From NCBI GenBank assembly GCA_001820685.1, contig MHQP01000009.1:808-64807 (forward strand): a stretch of 64,000 bases of DNA. Reading direction: 5' to 3'. The notes under the pieces were generated by a model. It did no database searches. It had not been told where the DNA came from and saw only the letters and a program-made list of their open reading frames with translations. This DNA comes from Candidatus Sungbacteria bacterium RIFCSPLOWO2_01_FULL_47_32 (GTDB lineage: Bacteria > Patescibacteriota > Minisyncoccia > Sungbacterales > GWA2-42-14). A program made the position numbers and the translations under genes. This document shows positions 27,129 through 36,518 of this stretch, one piece after another. Every line of letters starts with the position of its first letter. Position 1 is the stretch's first letter.

Positions 27129-28499
27129 GTGGAAAATTGCCAAGAATTTACTACGGAGTTTCAGGCAATTCTTGATAAAAAACTTTTACACAGCCGCGTG
27201 CTTCCGCAGGAACAGTCTCTATTTGATAAGGAGTTACATGGTTGGTGGTGGTCCCGGTTCGGTATCAGTTTTGCCAGTCGTCATCGCTTAATCGATGGAG
27301 AGGCTCGCAATCGCCCGGAAGACTTTTCTGATAAAAGTGTGGGGCTTGATGAAAGTTCGTCCGGGGGCGTGTGGTCAGGGACAAAGATACAATATTGGGT
27401 TTCCCAACTGCGGCGGGAAATTGATATATTGCCTGATGATATTGTAAAAATTATTCAGCAAAAGCCAGAAAAGCTGGCCCTGGACGAGCAAAGAAGACTT
27501 AAACGATACGTACATCGGCGAGGACAAAGTATAGAGTTTGCCATTCAAAAGAAAGATAGGATTTCCGAACTTAAAAAAAGAATCCAGAGCGCAGAAAACG
27601 GTGCAGATCCGTTTGAAGGAGAAGATGCCCACAATAGAAGGAAAGTATTTTTTGATTCCGAACGCGACTTGTTCTACATAAAGGAAGGGCAAGAGAGGAG
27701 AGATCTTGGTGTTGGAGACTTGCTTGCGGATTATGCGTGGGGCATAACGTACGACCCGGACGGATCAGTACCTGAAAAAAAAAGACGTATGCTTATAAAA
27801 AAACTTGCTTTAAACGAAGCGCGTCGAGAAATAGAAAAAATTTACGATAGCGAACTTTCGGCTATCTACGAAATTTCTCAAGGTGCCGGGGCAATTGGTT
27901 TGGATAAAATTGAGAACAAAGCAAAAAAACTTTACAACCTTGAGCAAGAAAGGGCGTTTGGGGGTATTATTGCGGAGCGTGCGGTGCGGGAGTTTTTAAC
28001 TCGGCTTTCACTGAATAATCAAAAAGCAAATTTTTTTGTTGAGCGGTCGAATGCTGCTGAGGATAGCCAATACAAATACGATTTTAAAGTGCGGCGGCGT
28101 TCGCGCACTCGTGGGGTTGCCATCGAAGGAAAAGACATGCCGAGGGACGAGTATGTGCGGTTAAAAAAAGAGATCGGTTTTCAACTTACCGTGACCGGAG
28201 CCGGCCCAAGCCTTAAGAAAAAAGAAGACCAGCTTGAAGAGGCGCGGGAAAAAATTAAGCGGACGGGTCTTTTTGTAAAGAGGCGTGTCGAAGATATTGC
28301 GCTTCTTTCTCTTAGCACCCCCAGGTTCGGGGACTATTTTAGGAGGTGGCTTGAAGAGGGTAAGCCCTCGGGTGGGCCTGAGCAGTATTTTTCTGAAAAA
28401 GAGAAGCATCTTATCATAAACACTATTTCACACAATTTTCTCCCCCCTGAGGAGGCGGCGCTACCGACCTGGAGCCCGGTAACCGAAGCAGATGAGTAA
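27129..28499 (+). CDS. hypothetical protein (456 aa), ORFan; GTG start
   Basis: GWWWSRFG. Charged, helical. No motif. Confidence 0.55.
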   Translation: MENCQEFTTEFQAILDKKLLHSRVLPQEQSLFDKELHGWWWSRFGISFASRHRLIDGEARNRPEDFSDKSVGLDESSSGGVWSGTKIQYWVSQLRREIDILPDDIVKIIQQKPEKLALDEQRRLKRYVHRRGQSIEFAIQKKDRISELKKRIQSAENGADPFEGEDAHNRRKVFFDSERDLFYIKEGQERRDLGVGDLLADYAWGITYDPDGSVPEKKRRMLIKKLALNEARREIEKIYDSELSAIYEISQGAGAIGLDKIENKAKKLYNLEQERAFGGIIAERAVREFLTRLSLNNQKANFFVERSNAAEDSQYKYDFKVRRRSRTRGVAIEGKDMPRDEYVRLKKEIGFQLTVTGAGPSLKKKEDQLEEAREKIKRTGLFVKRRVEDIALLSLSTPRFGDYFRRWLEEGKPSGGPEQYFSEKEKHLIINTISHNFLPPEEAALPTWSPVTEADE

Positions 28500-28517
28500 G
28501 TGTTTTAATAGATAGCT

Positions 28518-30362
28518 ATGTGCGGAATTGTAGGATACATCGGAAAGCAAAAGGCCCTGCCGGTTTTGATTGACGGCATAAAAAGCCTTGAATACCGCGG
28601 ATATGACTCCGCCGGCTTTGCCGTATCCACGGCGGGGGGGGTCGTGAAAAGCAAGAAGGCGGTCGGCCGTGTTTCAAATCTTGAACTAAAAATCGAAGAA
28701 AAGGACATCCGCCATGGAAATGCCGGCATTTGCCATACGCGCTGGGCGACGCACGGGGGGGTTACCGAAGAGAATGCCCATCCTCATTCGGACTGCAAGG
28801 GGGAATTATGGCTCTGCCACAACGGCATTATCGAGAACTACAAGGACTTTAAAAGCGACCTTGCGCGCCGCGGCCACACATTCAAATCCGAAACGGATTC
28901 CGAGGTTCTTGCCCATCTTATAGAGGAGTTCAAAACACAAGACCCGGCGCTTGCGACCGAGGAAGCGGTGCGGCTGGCTCTTCTTTCCGTTCGCGGGACG
29001 TATGGGTTAGCGCTTCTTGATTCGAAAAACCCGGGTACACTTATTGCCGCGCGGAATTTTTCTCCGCTTCTTATCGGCGTGGGGGACGGGGAATACATTA
29101 TTGCATCCGATGCTTCGGCTGTTTTGAAGCACACAAAAAATGTCGTGTACCTCGACGACGGAGAAATGGCCGTGCTTACGCCGAAGTCCCATAAAATCTT
29201 CGATCTGAAAAGGAACACAATAAACCGGAAATCGGAAGAGCTTACCTGGGACATTGAAGAAGCTCAAAAGGGCGGGAACCCCCACTTTATGTTGAAAGAA
29301 ATTCTTGAAGAGCCGGAGGCGATAGAAAATTCTATTCGCGGGCGCATTGTTGCGAAGGAAGGGCTGATAAAGCTCGGAGGAATTTTGGCGGTTGAGGAAA
29401 AATTACGAAACGCAAAACGCATTCTCATTGCCGGATGCGGCACCGCATATCTTGCAGGGAAAGTCGGGGAGTACATGCTTGAAGAATACGGTGGCATTCC
29501 CGTAAAAATAGAGCTTGCTTCCGAATTCAGGTATCGGAAACCTATCTTTCGCGAAGGAGATGTCATGCTTGTCGTATCGCAGTCGGGAGAAACGGCGGAT
29601 ACGCTTGCAGCCCTCGCCGAAGCCAAGCAAAAAGGCGTTTTGTCCCTCGGCATCGTGAACGTCGTCGGCTCAACTATCGCCCGGCAAACTGACGCGGGAG
29701 TTTATCAGCATGTCGGCCCTGAAATAGGAGTTGCTTCGACAAAAGCGTTCACGTCGCAGGTTGCAATTTTAGCGCTCCTTTCCGTTATGCTTGGGAGACA
29801 GCGCGATATGTCGGTTGTGATGGCGCGGCGCATTACGGAAGAGCTCTCTCGCATTCCGGAACTCATGAAAAAAATAATCAAACAGAGCGAAGCAATAAAA
29901 AAACTTGCAAAAAAATACCAGCCGTATCGCGACTTTCTTTTTCTTGGGAGGAAATATAATTACCCCGTTGCTCTTGAGGGAGCCTTAAAACTCAAAGAAA
30001 TCTCATATGTTCACGCCGAGGGATTTTCGGCAGGCGAGATGAAGCACGGGCCAATCGCCATGATAGATAAAAGTTTCCCGTCAATATGCATTGCCCCTTC
30101 CGACTCGGTGTATGAAAAAATGGTCTCGAATATGGAAGAGATAAAAGCGCGGAGCGGCCCTATTATTGTGATTGCTACCGAGGGGAATAAAAAAATAGAA
30201 GAAATTACGAAAGACGTTATCTATATACCGAAAACCCTTGAAATGCTGACGCCGCTCTTGGCGGTCGTCCCGCTGCAGCTTTTTGCGTATCACTTCGGAG
30301 TGCTTCGGGGACTTGATGTAGACAAGCCGCGGAATTTGGCAAAGTCAGTTACTGTGGAGTAA
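28518..30362 (+). CDS. glmS: glutamine--fructose-6-phosphate aminotransferase
   Basis: MCGIVGYIG (Ntn Cys). Two SIS domains. C-terminal ...SVTVE. Confidence 0.93.
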   Translation: MCGIVGYIGKQKALPVLIDGIKSLEYRGYDSAGFAVSTAGGVVKSKKAVGRVSNLELKIEEKDIRHGNAGICHTRWATHGGVTEENAHPHSDCKGELWLCHNGIIENYKDFKSDLARRGHTFKSETDSEVLAHLIEEFKTQDPALATEEAVRLALLSVRGTYGLALLDSKNPGTLIAARNFSPLLIGVGDGEYIIASDASAVLKHTKNVVYLDDGEMAVLTPKSHKIFDLKRNTINRKSEELTWDIEEAQKGGNPHFMLKEILEEPEAIENSIRGRIVAKEGLIKLGGILAVEEKLRNAKRILIAGCGTAYLAGKVGEYMLEEYGGIPVKIELASEFRYRKPIFREGDVMLVVSQSGETADTLAALAEAKQKGVLSLGIVNVVGSTIARQTDAGVYQHVGPEIGVASTKAFTSQVAILALLSVMLGRQRDMSVVMARRITEELSRIPELMKKIIKQSEAIKKLAKKYQPYRDFLFLGRKYNYPVALEGALKLKEISYVHAEGFSAGEMKHGPIAMIDKSFPSICIAPSDSVYEKMVSNMEEIKARSGPIIVIATEGNKKIEEITKDVIYIPKTLEMLTPLLAVVPLQLFAYHFGVLRGLDVDKPRNLAKSVTVE

Positions 30363-30363
30363 T

Positions 30364-30393
30364 TTGACAAATACCATCACCCTCTTTTATACT
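30364..30393 (+). promoter_or_regulatory. sigma70-like promoter, TTGACA-N18-TATACT
   Basis: Seen directly: ttgaca (30364-30369), 18-nt spacer, tatact (30388-30393). Confidence 0.45.
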
Positions 30394-30433
30394 AGGTTTG
30401 TGCTTCATTCCTAACACCAAAAAGAGGCAGTAT

Positions 30434-30490
30434 ATGTTTGGGCTTGTTGCCGTCGTTGTGGGTATGGTCGTGGTCTTTGTTGCCATATGA
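30434..30490 (+). CDS. 18-aa hydrophobic peptide MFGLVAVVVGMVVVFVAI
   Basis: AAAGAGG SD 6 nt upstream of ATG 30434. Promoter upstream. A hairpin at ~30519-30556 and a terminator downstream. Confidence 0.35.
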   Translation: MFGLVAVVVGMVVVFVAI

Positions 30491-30603
30491 TGTGGCGCAT
30501 CAACCGAGCTAACATATGGTCTTGCTATGGGATGGATGATTCTAGCCATAGCAGTATTCTCAGTAGTAAAGAAACACATAAAAAAATCTTAAATCAGTAA
30601 GTT

Positions 30604-30630
30604 ACCGCACGCTTAGCGTTGCGGTTTTTT
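30604..30630 (+). terminator. intrinsic terminator
   Basis: accgcacgcttagcgttgcggt followed by tttttt. Confidence 0.55.
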
Positions 30631-30701
30631 GTTAGATGGCGAGAACAGATATAAACTTTGGTATTGAAAAATCGCTCGTTTAGGCTATCATTCTATACAT
30701 T

Positions 30702-32429
30702 ATGACCATTGAGGAAATCATAAAAAAAGCTGAAGTAAAGCTTACGCTTAACGACTCAGATAAAGAACGCATTATGCGCGCATTTGAATTTGCAAAAGCG
30801 GCTCACGGAGTGCAAAAGCGAAAATCGGGGGATTTGTATATTGAACATCCTCTTATGGTTGCGTATGGCGTTGCTGAAATGGGATTGGACGCCTCGGCAA
30901 TCGTGGCAGCCCTTCTCCACGACGTCTGCGAAGACACGACATGCGCCCCCGAGACGCTTGAGAAAAATTTTGGGAAAGATGTTTTGTTTTTGGTTGACGG
31001 CGTTACAAAACTCGACAAGATACGCTTCCACGGGACCGAACGCGAGGCCGAAAATCTCCGGAAGATGTTTCTTGCCATTGCCGAAGACATCCGCGTCGTT
31101 TTGATAAAACTCATGGACAGGCGCCACAACATGAAAACTCTTTCCTCTCTTCCTCCGGAAAAGCAAAAACGCATAGCTCTTGAAACGCTCGAGCTGTATG
31201 CACCGCTCGCGTATCGCCTTGGCATCGGAGAAATAAAAGGACAGCTTGAAGATCTTGCGTTCCCGTACGTATATCCGAAGGAACATGAGTGGCTTATAGA
31301 GCAGGTAAAAGACCCGTTGGTTCTGCGCCAAAAATATGCCGAACGCCTCATTCCTCTCGTGAAAAAAGAACTTGAGGCGGAAAACATCCACTATCGCGAT
31401 GTCCACGGCCGGGGCAAGCATTTATTCAGCCTGTACAAAAAACTCTTAAAATATGAAATGGATATCAATAAAATATTCGACCTTGTCGCGGTCAGAGTCG
31501 TTGTAGGAACCATTGAAGAGTGTTATGGCGCTCTGGGGGTTGTTCATAAGCTCTGGAGGCCTATGCCGGGGCTTGTAAAGGACTACATCGCTCTTCCCAA
31601 ACCGAACGGATACCGCTCCATTCACACAACAGTTTTCGGGCCGGAGGGAAGAGTAACCGAATTTCAGATACGGACGGAAGAAATGCATATTCAGGCCGAA
31701 CAGGGTATTGCCGCCCACTGGGCGTATTCCGAAAGCAAAAGCGGAAATATCTACCGCGAGCGGCAGACGGTTTTTGCCGACAAAAAACAGCTTGAGTGGG
31801 TAAATCAGCTTCGCGATTGGCAAAAAGAATTCAGGAATCCGGATGAATTTATAGAATCCCTCAAGATAGATTTTTTCAAAAACCGCATTTTCGTCTTAAC
31901 TCCCAAGGGGGACGTTATTGATCTTCCCGAGGGGGCAACGCCCGTGGATTTTGCGTATCAGGTGCACACAGACATCGGAAATCAGGCCGCAGGAGCGCGG
32001 GTAAACGCAAAAATGGTTCCGCTTGACCATGAACTCCACAATGGAGACGTTATCGAGGTTATTACGCAAAAAAATAAAAAGCCGAGTTCCGACTGGCTAA
32101 AATTCGTCAAGACAGCGGGCGCTAAAAAACGCATCCAGGTGGCTCTCCGCGAAACGCGTGAAGCCATAGCGTTCTCCCGGCGAGGCGGGCAAATGGTTGA
32201 ATTGAGGCTCGCGATAAAAGACAGAATAGGCCTCTTGAAGGATGTTTCGGAGATTGTCGCCGATTTTAAGATAAACATGAAAAGCATTACGAGCGAAACA
32301 AAGAACAGGCTTTATCCGCTTATCGTTATTCACGCTCCGTTTAAAAACAAGGAACAGCTTGAAAAAATGATGGTAAAGATGAAAAACATTACCGGTGTAG
32401 AAGAAGTGAGCTACACATTTATAAACTAA
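30702..32429 (+). CDS. rel: bifunctional (p)ppGpp synthetase/hydrolase, RelA/SpoT family (short, 575 aa)
   Basis: HD domain (HPLMVAYGVA ... LLHDVCEDT). Synthetase domain. TGS and ACT-like C-terminus. Confidence 0.88.
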   Translation: MTIEEIIKKAEVKLTLNDSDKERIMRAFEFAKAAHGVQKRKSGDLYIEHPLMVAYGVAEMGLDASAIVAALLHDVCEDTTCAPETLEKNFGKDVLFLVDGVTKLDKIRFHGTEREAENLRKMFLAIAEDIRVVLIKLMDRRHNMKTLSSLPPEKQKRIALETLELYAPLAYRLGIGEIKGQLEDLAFPYVYPKEHEWLIEQVKDPLVLRQKYAERLIPLVKKELEAENIHYRDVHGRGKHLFSLYKKLLKYEMDINKIFDLVAVRVVVGTIEECYGALGVVHKLWRPMPGLVKDYIALPKPNGYRSIHTTVFGPEGRVTEFQIRTEEMHIQAEQGIAAHWAYSESKSGNIYRERQTVFADKKQLEWVNQLRDWQKEFRNPDEFIESLKIDFFKNRIFVLTPKGDVIDLPEGATPVDFAYQVHTDIGNQAAGARVNAKMVPLDHELHNGDVIEVITQKNKKPSSDWLKFVKTAGAKKRIQVALRETREAIAFSRRGGQMVELRLAIKDRIGLLKDVSEIVADFKINMKSITSETKNRLYPLIVIHAPFKNKEQLEKMMVKMKNITGVEEVSYTFIN

Positions 32430-32430
32430 A

Positions 32431-32456
32431 AGGCGGCCCGTGGGCCACTTTTTCTT
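32431..32456 (+). terminator. intrinsic terminator
   Basis: ggcggcccgtgggccac followed by ttttt. Confidence 0.45.
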
Positions 32457-32481
32457 TGCGATTAAAAGGTTTCTGCTTCTT

Positions 32482-32769
32482 TTAAAGGCTGTCCAAGACT
32501 CTGTCGTTCGCAAAAACAATAAGCTCATCAACACTAATAATTTCTGTTTGTTTACCAATAAAATCAGACTCGGTTCCAAAAGCTTCAAAGCCCTCCCGCA
32601 TCATAATATAAATGAGCCTCTGAAGACCGTGTGGTGTTTCAGCGTTTTTTATTCTAATAACCTTTCCTACTATTTTTTGTCGGATATTACTGTCGTAAAA
32701 ACTCACCAATGTGCCCTTCCTAAGTTTTGTTTTTGCAGTCAGTTTTTTAGCCACTGGGATATTCCTCAT
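32482..32769 (-). CDS. hypothetical protein (95 aa)
   Basis: Track ORF with protein-like composition. Confidence 0.4.
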   Translation of the reverse strand: MRNIPVAKKLTAKTKLRKGTLVSFYDSNIRQKIVGKVIRIKNAETPHGLQRLIYIMMREGFEAFGTESDFIGKQTEIISVDELIVFANDRVLDSL

Positions 32770-32822
32770 ACCATTTTTTCAAAGTTCGACACGGTTAAGC
32801 GTATCACACTATTTAATTAAGT

Positions 32823-32846
32823 AAAATCGGCCGTCAGGGGCCGATT
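32823..32846. terminator. hairpin aaatcggccgtcaggggccgattt (terminator-like)
   Basis: Same stem sequence as the hairpin at 33352. Confidence 0.45.
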
Positions 32847-32855
32847 TATTTTGTC

Positions 32856-33287
32856 TTATTTTTCTTCCTTTTTACTCTCCATGCTGATCTTTTGTCGTTT
32901 GATGGCAAATGTTTTTTCAATTGTCGGTTGAGTATAACCATCTTTGTCTACTTCAGACCTCATGATTTTGATGGAAACAAAGCTTCCTTCCGGCCCGCGA
33001 ATACTATCGACAACTTCTTCAACCTCAACAAAAGCAAGACTTTTTCCATTAATCTCAAACAAAATATCACCAACTTGAATACCGGCATGGTCCGCGGGGC
33101 CTCCTAGCAACACAGAAACAACATAATAGTAATTTTTTGGTTCTGATTTGTTACCCTTATCATCTTCAAAGGACATTGAATATCCTTTCAGTCTAATTCC
33201 GATGCCGATAAATTCTTCTGCAAAAGCCGCAACAGTGAAGGAAACAAGCATAGTTGCCAGCATGAGCAAAAGGGCTTTTTTAAGCAC
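32856..33287 (-). CDS. secreted PDZ-domain protein
   Basis: Signal peptide. PDZ core GIQVGDILFEINGKSL. Confidence 0.65.
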   Translation of the reverse strand: MLKKALLLMLATMLVSFTVAAFAEEFIGIGIRLKGYSMSFEDDKGNKSEPKNYYYVVSVLLGGPADHAGIQVGDILFEINGKSLAFVEVEEVVDSIRGPEGSFVSIKIMRSEVDKDGYTQPTIEKTFAIKRQKISMESKKEEK

Positions 33288-33351
33288 TTTCTTCTCCAGT
33301 GTTGTTTAGGAACTGTGTGTGCAGTCTATCGTGTTTATTACCTTTTGTCAA

Positions 33352-33372
33352 ATAAAATCGGCCGAAGGGCCG
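33352..33372 (-). terminator. hairpin aatcggcccttcggccgatt followed by a T-run (minus)
   Basis: Terminator for parB. Shares the stem aatcggcc/ggccgatt with the hairpin at 32823. Confidence 0.5.
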
Positions 33373-33416
33373 ATTCGTGGCAAACTAACCAACTCACAAA
33401 CTAATCAACTAAGAAT

Positions 33417-34541
33417 CTACGCTTCGCGTATCATTTTTTCGAGTATGGACCTCAATTCTTCGTCGGAATAAAATTCCACAACAATTTTTCCTTTCCCCCC
33501 GTCCATTTTAACGAGAGAGACGCGCGTCCCCAAAAACTCTTCAAGCTGTCGTTGCCATTCGCGGTCTCCAAACTCAAGCCGCGTTACATCTTTTCTTTGG
33601 GGAACTCTGCGGTGCCCTAAAAGAGCCCGTGCCGCAAATTCCGCTTCGCGGACATTCAGTTTTGTCCGCGCGATCTCTTCAAGCAGGATGCGCTGTTTTG
33701 AAGCGTCTCCCGAAAGCATCAAAAGAGCCCTGGCATGCCCCTCCGAAAGCTGGCTCGCTCTGACTTGCTCCTGAATGTTGTCGGGGAGTGTCAAAAGCCG
33801 CATGCTGTTCGTAACGTATTCACGGGATTTCCCGACTTTTTCTGCAATCTCTTTTTGCGTGAGGCGGAAGTCGTCGGCAAGCTGTTTGAACGCCACCGCG
33901 CGTTCAATGGGATTTAAGTCTTCTCTTTGGACATTCTCAATGAGGGCAAGTTCAAGCTTCAGACGATCGTGGAGTTTGTCTTTTTTTATAATGATCGGAA
34001 CTTCGCGGAGTCCCGCAAGCTGTGACGCCCGCCAGCGCCGTTCTCCGGCAATAAGCTGGTAGCGGACGGCAAGGCCTCGGGAAGTTTCTTCTTCTATTTT
34101 TGTGACCAAAAGAGGCTGAAGAATTCCGTAATTTTTTATGGAATCCGCAAGAGTTTTAAGGCCTTCCTCCTCAAAGACGCGGCGTGGCTGGAAAGGGTTT
34201 GGCTCTATCTTTGAAGCTTCTATCCAAAAAATACTATCCGCTTGTTTTGAGTTTTTTGACTCTGGCTGACTCGGAACGGCATATTCATACGTTTTTTTTG
34301 CGACGACCGCGGCCGGCGGTGTTTTTATTTGGGACGGCTCGGAGGTGGCTGTTTGTATTCGTATCCCTTTATACTTCAGCAATGAAACATCTCCTGCAAG
34401 GCTAATACTATGTACCGGCTCTTCAAGATTTTCCTGGAATGCCAAAATATCGTCGGCGTGGAACCGGCTTTTTTGCTTGTTTTCGCTATTGTCTTGTGGA
34501 ATGAGGGATTCCAAACCCCGTCCGAGAGGAGCCATGTACAA
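33417..34541 (-). CDS. parB: chromosome partitioning protein ParB/Spo0J (with N-terminal extension)
   Basis: ParB box GERRWRAS. HTH (LTQKEIAEKVGKSREYVTN). C-terminal dimerisation region. Confidence 0.85.
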   Translation of the reverse strand: MYMAPLGRGLESLIPQDNSENKQKSRFHADDILAFQENLEEPVHSISLAGDVSLLKYKGIRIQTATSEPSQIKTPPAAVVAKKTYEYAVPSQPESKNSKQADSIFWIEASKIEPNPFQPRRVFEEEGLKTLADSIKNYGILQPLLVTKIEEETSRGLAVRYQLIAGERRWRASQLAGLREVPIIIKKDKLHDRLKLELALIENVQREDLNPIERAVAFKQLADDFRLTQKEIAEKVGKSREYVTNSMRLLTLPDNIQEQVRASQLSEGHARALLMLSGDASKQRILLEEIARTKLNVREAEFAARALLGHRRVPQRKDVTRLEFGDREWQRQLEEFLGTRVSLVKMDGGKGKIVVEFYSDEELRSILEKMIREA

Positions 34542-34611
34542 TAATTTAAAATTATAAATGCTGAATGCTAAATACTAACTAAAATTCTAATTTCTAAATC
34601 CTAAATTCTCA

Positions 34612-35406
34612 TTATCGGGAATATGATTTTGGGTCTGCGGAAATTTTTTCGAGCTTCAGTATCTCTTCCGCGAGCCTCCGGTACGCTTTTGCTCCGTGGC
34701 TGTACGGGTCATACTGCAGGACGGATTTTCCGAAACTGGGTGCCTCCGCCAGGCTGACATTCCGCGGAATGACGGTATCGAAGACATATCCAGGAAATTT
34801 TTGGTTTATTTCTTTTACGACCGCGCGGTGAAGCCTGGATTTTCGGTCATACATCGTAAGGAGCGCTCCCATAACTTCTATCTTTGTTTTCAGATTGCTA
34901 TTTATAAGATTAATTGTTTTTAAAAGTTCGGCAAGCCCTTCAAGCGAATAATATTCGCATTGAGCCGGGATGATGACTTTATGCGCGGCGGTCAGGGCAT
35001 TTAGTGTAAGCAGTCCGAGTGAAGGAGGAGAATCGATAACGATATAATCGTAGTCGTCGGCAAGCTCTTTTAAGGCATCGCGGAGCCTGAATTCCCTTTT
35101 TTTCTCGGAGACGAGCTCTATGGACGCTCCCGCAAGGTCGCCCGCCGCAGGAAGCACGTCAAGGCCGAGGATTTTCGTTCGTTTTATTGCAAGCTTTGTG
35201 TCTTTCGGATTTATCAGGGCGTGATAGACGGTCTGTTTAAGGGTTTTTGAGGAGATGCCCGCTCCCGATGTCGCGTTCCCTTGCGGGTCGATATCAACCA
35301 AAAGCACCCGCTTTCCGAATGCCCGGAGATATGCCGCGGTGTTGACTGCGGTCGTTGTTTTTCCTACACCGCCCTTTTGATTGCAAAATGTGATGATTCT
35401 TGTCAT
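34612..35406 (-). CDS. parA: chromosome partitioning ATPase ParA/Soj
   Basis: Deviant Walker A NQKGGVGKTT. Adjacent to parB. Met 6 of the track ORF. Confidence 0.88.
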   Translation of the reverse strand: MTRIITFCNQKGGVGKTTTAVNTAAYLRAFGKRVLLVDIDPQGNATSGAGISSKTLKQTVYHALINPKDTKLAIKRTKILGLDVLPAAGDLAGASIELVSEKKREFRLRDALKELADDYDYIVIDSPPSLGLLTLNALTAAHKVIIPAQCEYYSLEGLAELLKTINLINSNLKTKIEVMGALLTMYDRKSRLHRAVVKEINQKFPGYVFDTVIPRNVSLAEAPSFGKSVLQYDPYSHGAKAYRRLAEEILKLEKISADPKSYSR

Positions 35407-35462
35407 AAAAGACCTTCTCATTATACTCGATTTTAAGCCAATTTACAAGGGATGCTCGAAAC

Positions 35463-35546
35463 GTAATAAATTTTTAACGCCTTTATTGTATATTCTTTGC
35501 TGATCCCACCGCCAGCCCGATTAAAAATTTATTCCGTTTCTCGCTT
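35463..35546 (+). repeat. dispersed structured repeat, copy D
   Basis: aataaatttttaa-CGCCTTTATTGTATATTCTTTGCTGATCCCACCGCCAGCCCGA-ttaaaaatttatt. About 115 bp upstream of the tRNA-Leu. Confidence 0.65.
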
Positions 35547-35660
35547 AAACATTCCGATAGGAAATGAGCGTTTTTGAGCCAATCATGCCTCGCTTAGGGA
35601 TTCCTAAAGGAAAGATTTGAAATTTGCTGTATTTTATGGTAAATTTGTCTTGAAATATAC

Positions 35661-35743
35661 GGGCGAGTGGCGGAATGGCAGACGCAATGGACTCAAAATC
35701 CATCGGGGGCAACCCCATGAGAGTTCGACTCTCTCCTCGCCCA
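35661..35743 (+). tRNA. tRNA-Leu (anticodon CAA), type II with long variable arm; CCA not encoded
   Basis: Folded by hand. Acceptor gggcgag/ctcgccc. Anticodon stem atgga/tccat with loop cuCAAaa. Variable arm cgggggcaaccccat. T-arm gagag-ttcgact-ctctc. Discriminator A. Confidence 0.8.
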
Positions 35744-35756
35744 TAAAATTTTAAAA

Positions 35757-36518
35757 ATGATGGATAAAGAACATATTTCTAGCCCCGAACAAAAAGAGCA
35801 AATTCCCTATAACATTCTGGGGAAAATTAGCATTATGCGGCATGGAGCTACTGAATACACGGAGCAGTACCCCGACCTTACGGACTTGGGGGCAGAGCAA
35901 ATTACAATTCAGGCAAAAAAACTGAAAGAAAAAATTGACCAAGAAAAAGAAGATGTTTTTATCGCGTCATCCCCTGCGGCACGAGCACGAGGCAGTGCTG
36001 ATATTGTAAGGACAGAGCTTGGCGGTAGAGAAACAAGAGTTATGCGGAGCATGCGCGGAGTTCAGATTCGAAACCGCGAAGAGGCCATGAGGATGATTCA
36101 GGAAATTATCGGACCCGATAAAGATGTAAAGAAAATGGATAGAGCATATGCCCACGACCCCCAATTTGAAGAGCGGGTTGATGTGTGGGAACCTCGTTCA
36201 AATATCGAGAAGCGATTTTTTAATGGATTTGAACATTTAGTTCGTGTATTTAATAAATATAATGAAACGAATTCGCAAAAAATCGCGCACTTTGTCGGAG
36301 TTTCCCATTTTGAGCTTCTAAATCATCTTGTAAAAAGAGTGTTCCATCTCGATAGCCCGGAGGCGGATCAGCTTAATTTTGGCGAAATGATTGAGATGAC
36401 CGTTCTTGGGGCAAGAGAGGAACATCACATTCCTATACTCATAACATTTCGTGGTAAAACAAAAGAAATCGTTTTTGATAGGAACACAAAAGCGATTGAA
36501 ATAACAAAAGAAGATTAA
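35757..36518 (+). CDS. histidine phosphatase superfamily (PGAM-like) protein
   Basis: IMRHGATEY (RHG). LTDLGAEQ. Second His in VGVSHFELL. Confidence 0.65.
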   Translation: MMDKEHISSPEQKEQIPYNILGKISIMRHGATEYTEQYPDLTDLGAEQITIQAKKLKEKIDQEKEDVFIASSPAARARGSADIVRTELGGRETRVMRSMRGVQIRNREEAMRMIQEIIGPDKDVKKMDRAYAHDPQFEERVDVWEPRSNIEKRFFNGFEHLVRVFNKYNETNSQKIAHFVGVSHFELLNHLVKRVFHLDSPEADQLNFGEMIEMTVLGAREEHHIPILITFRGKTKEIVFDRNTKAIEITKED

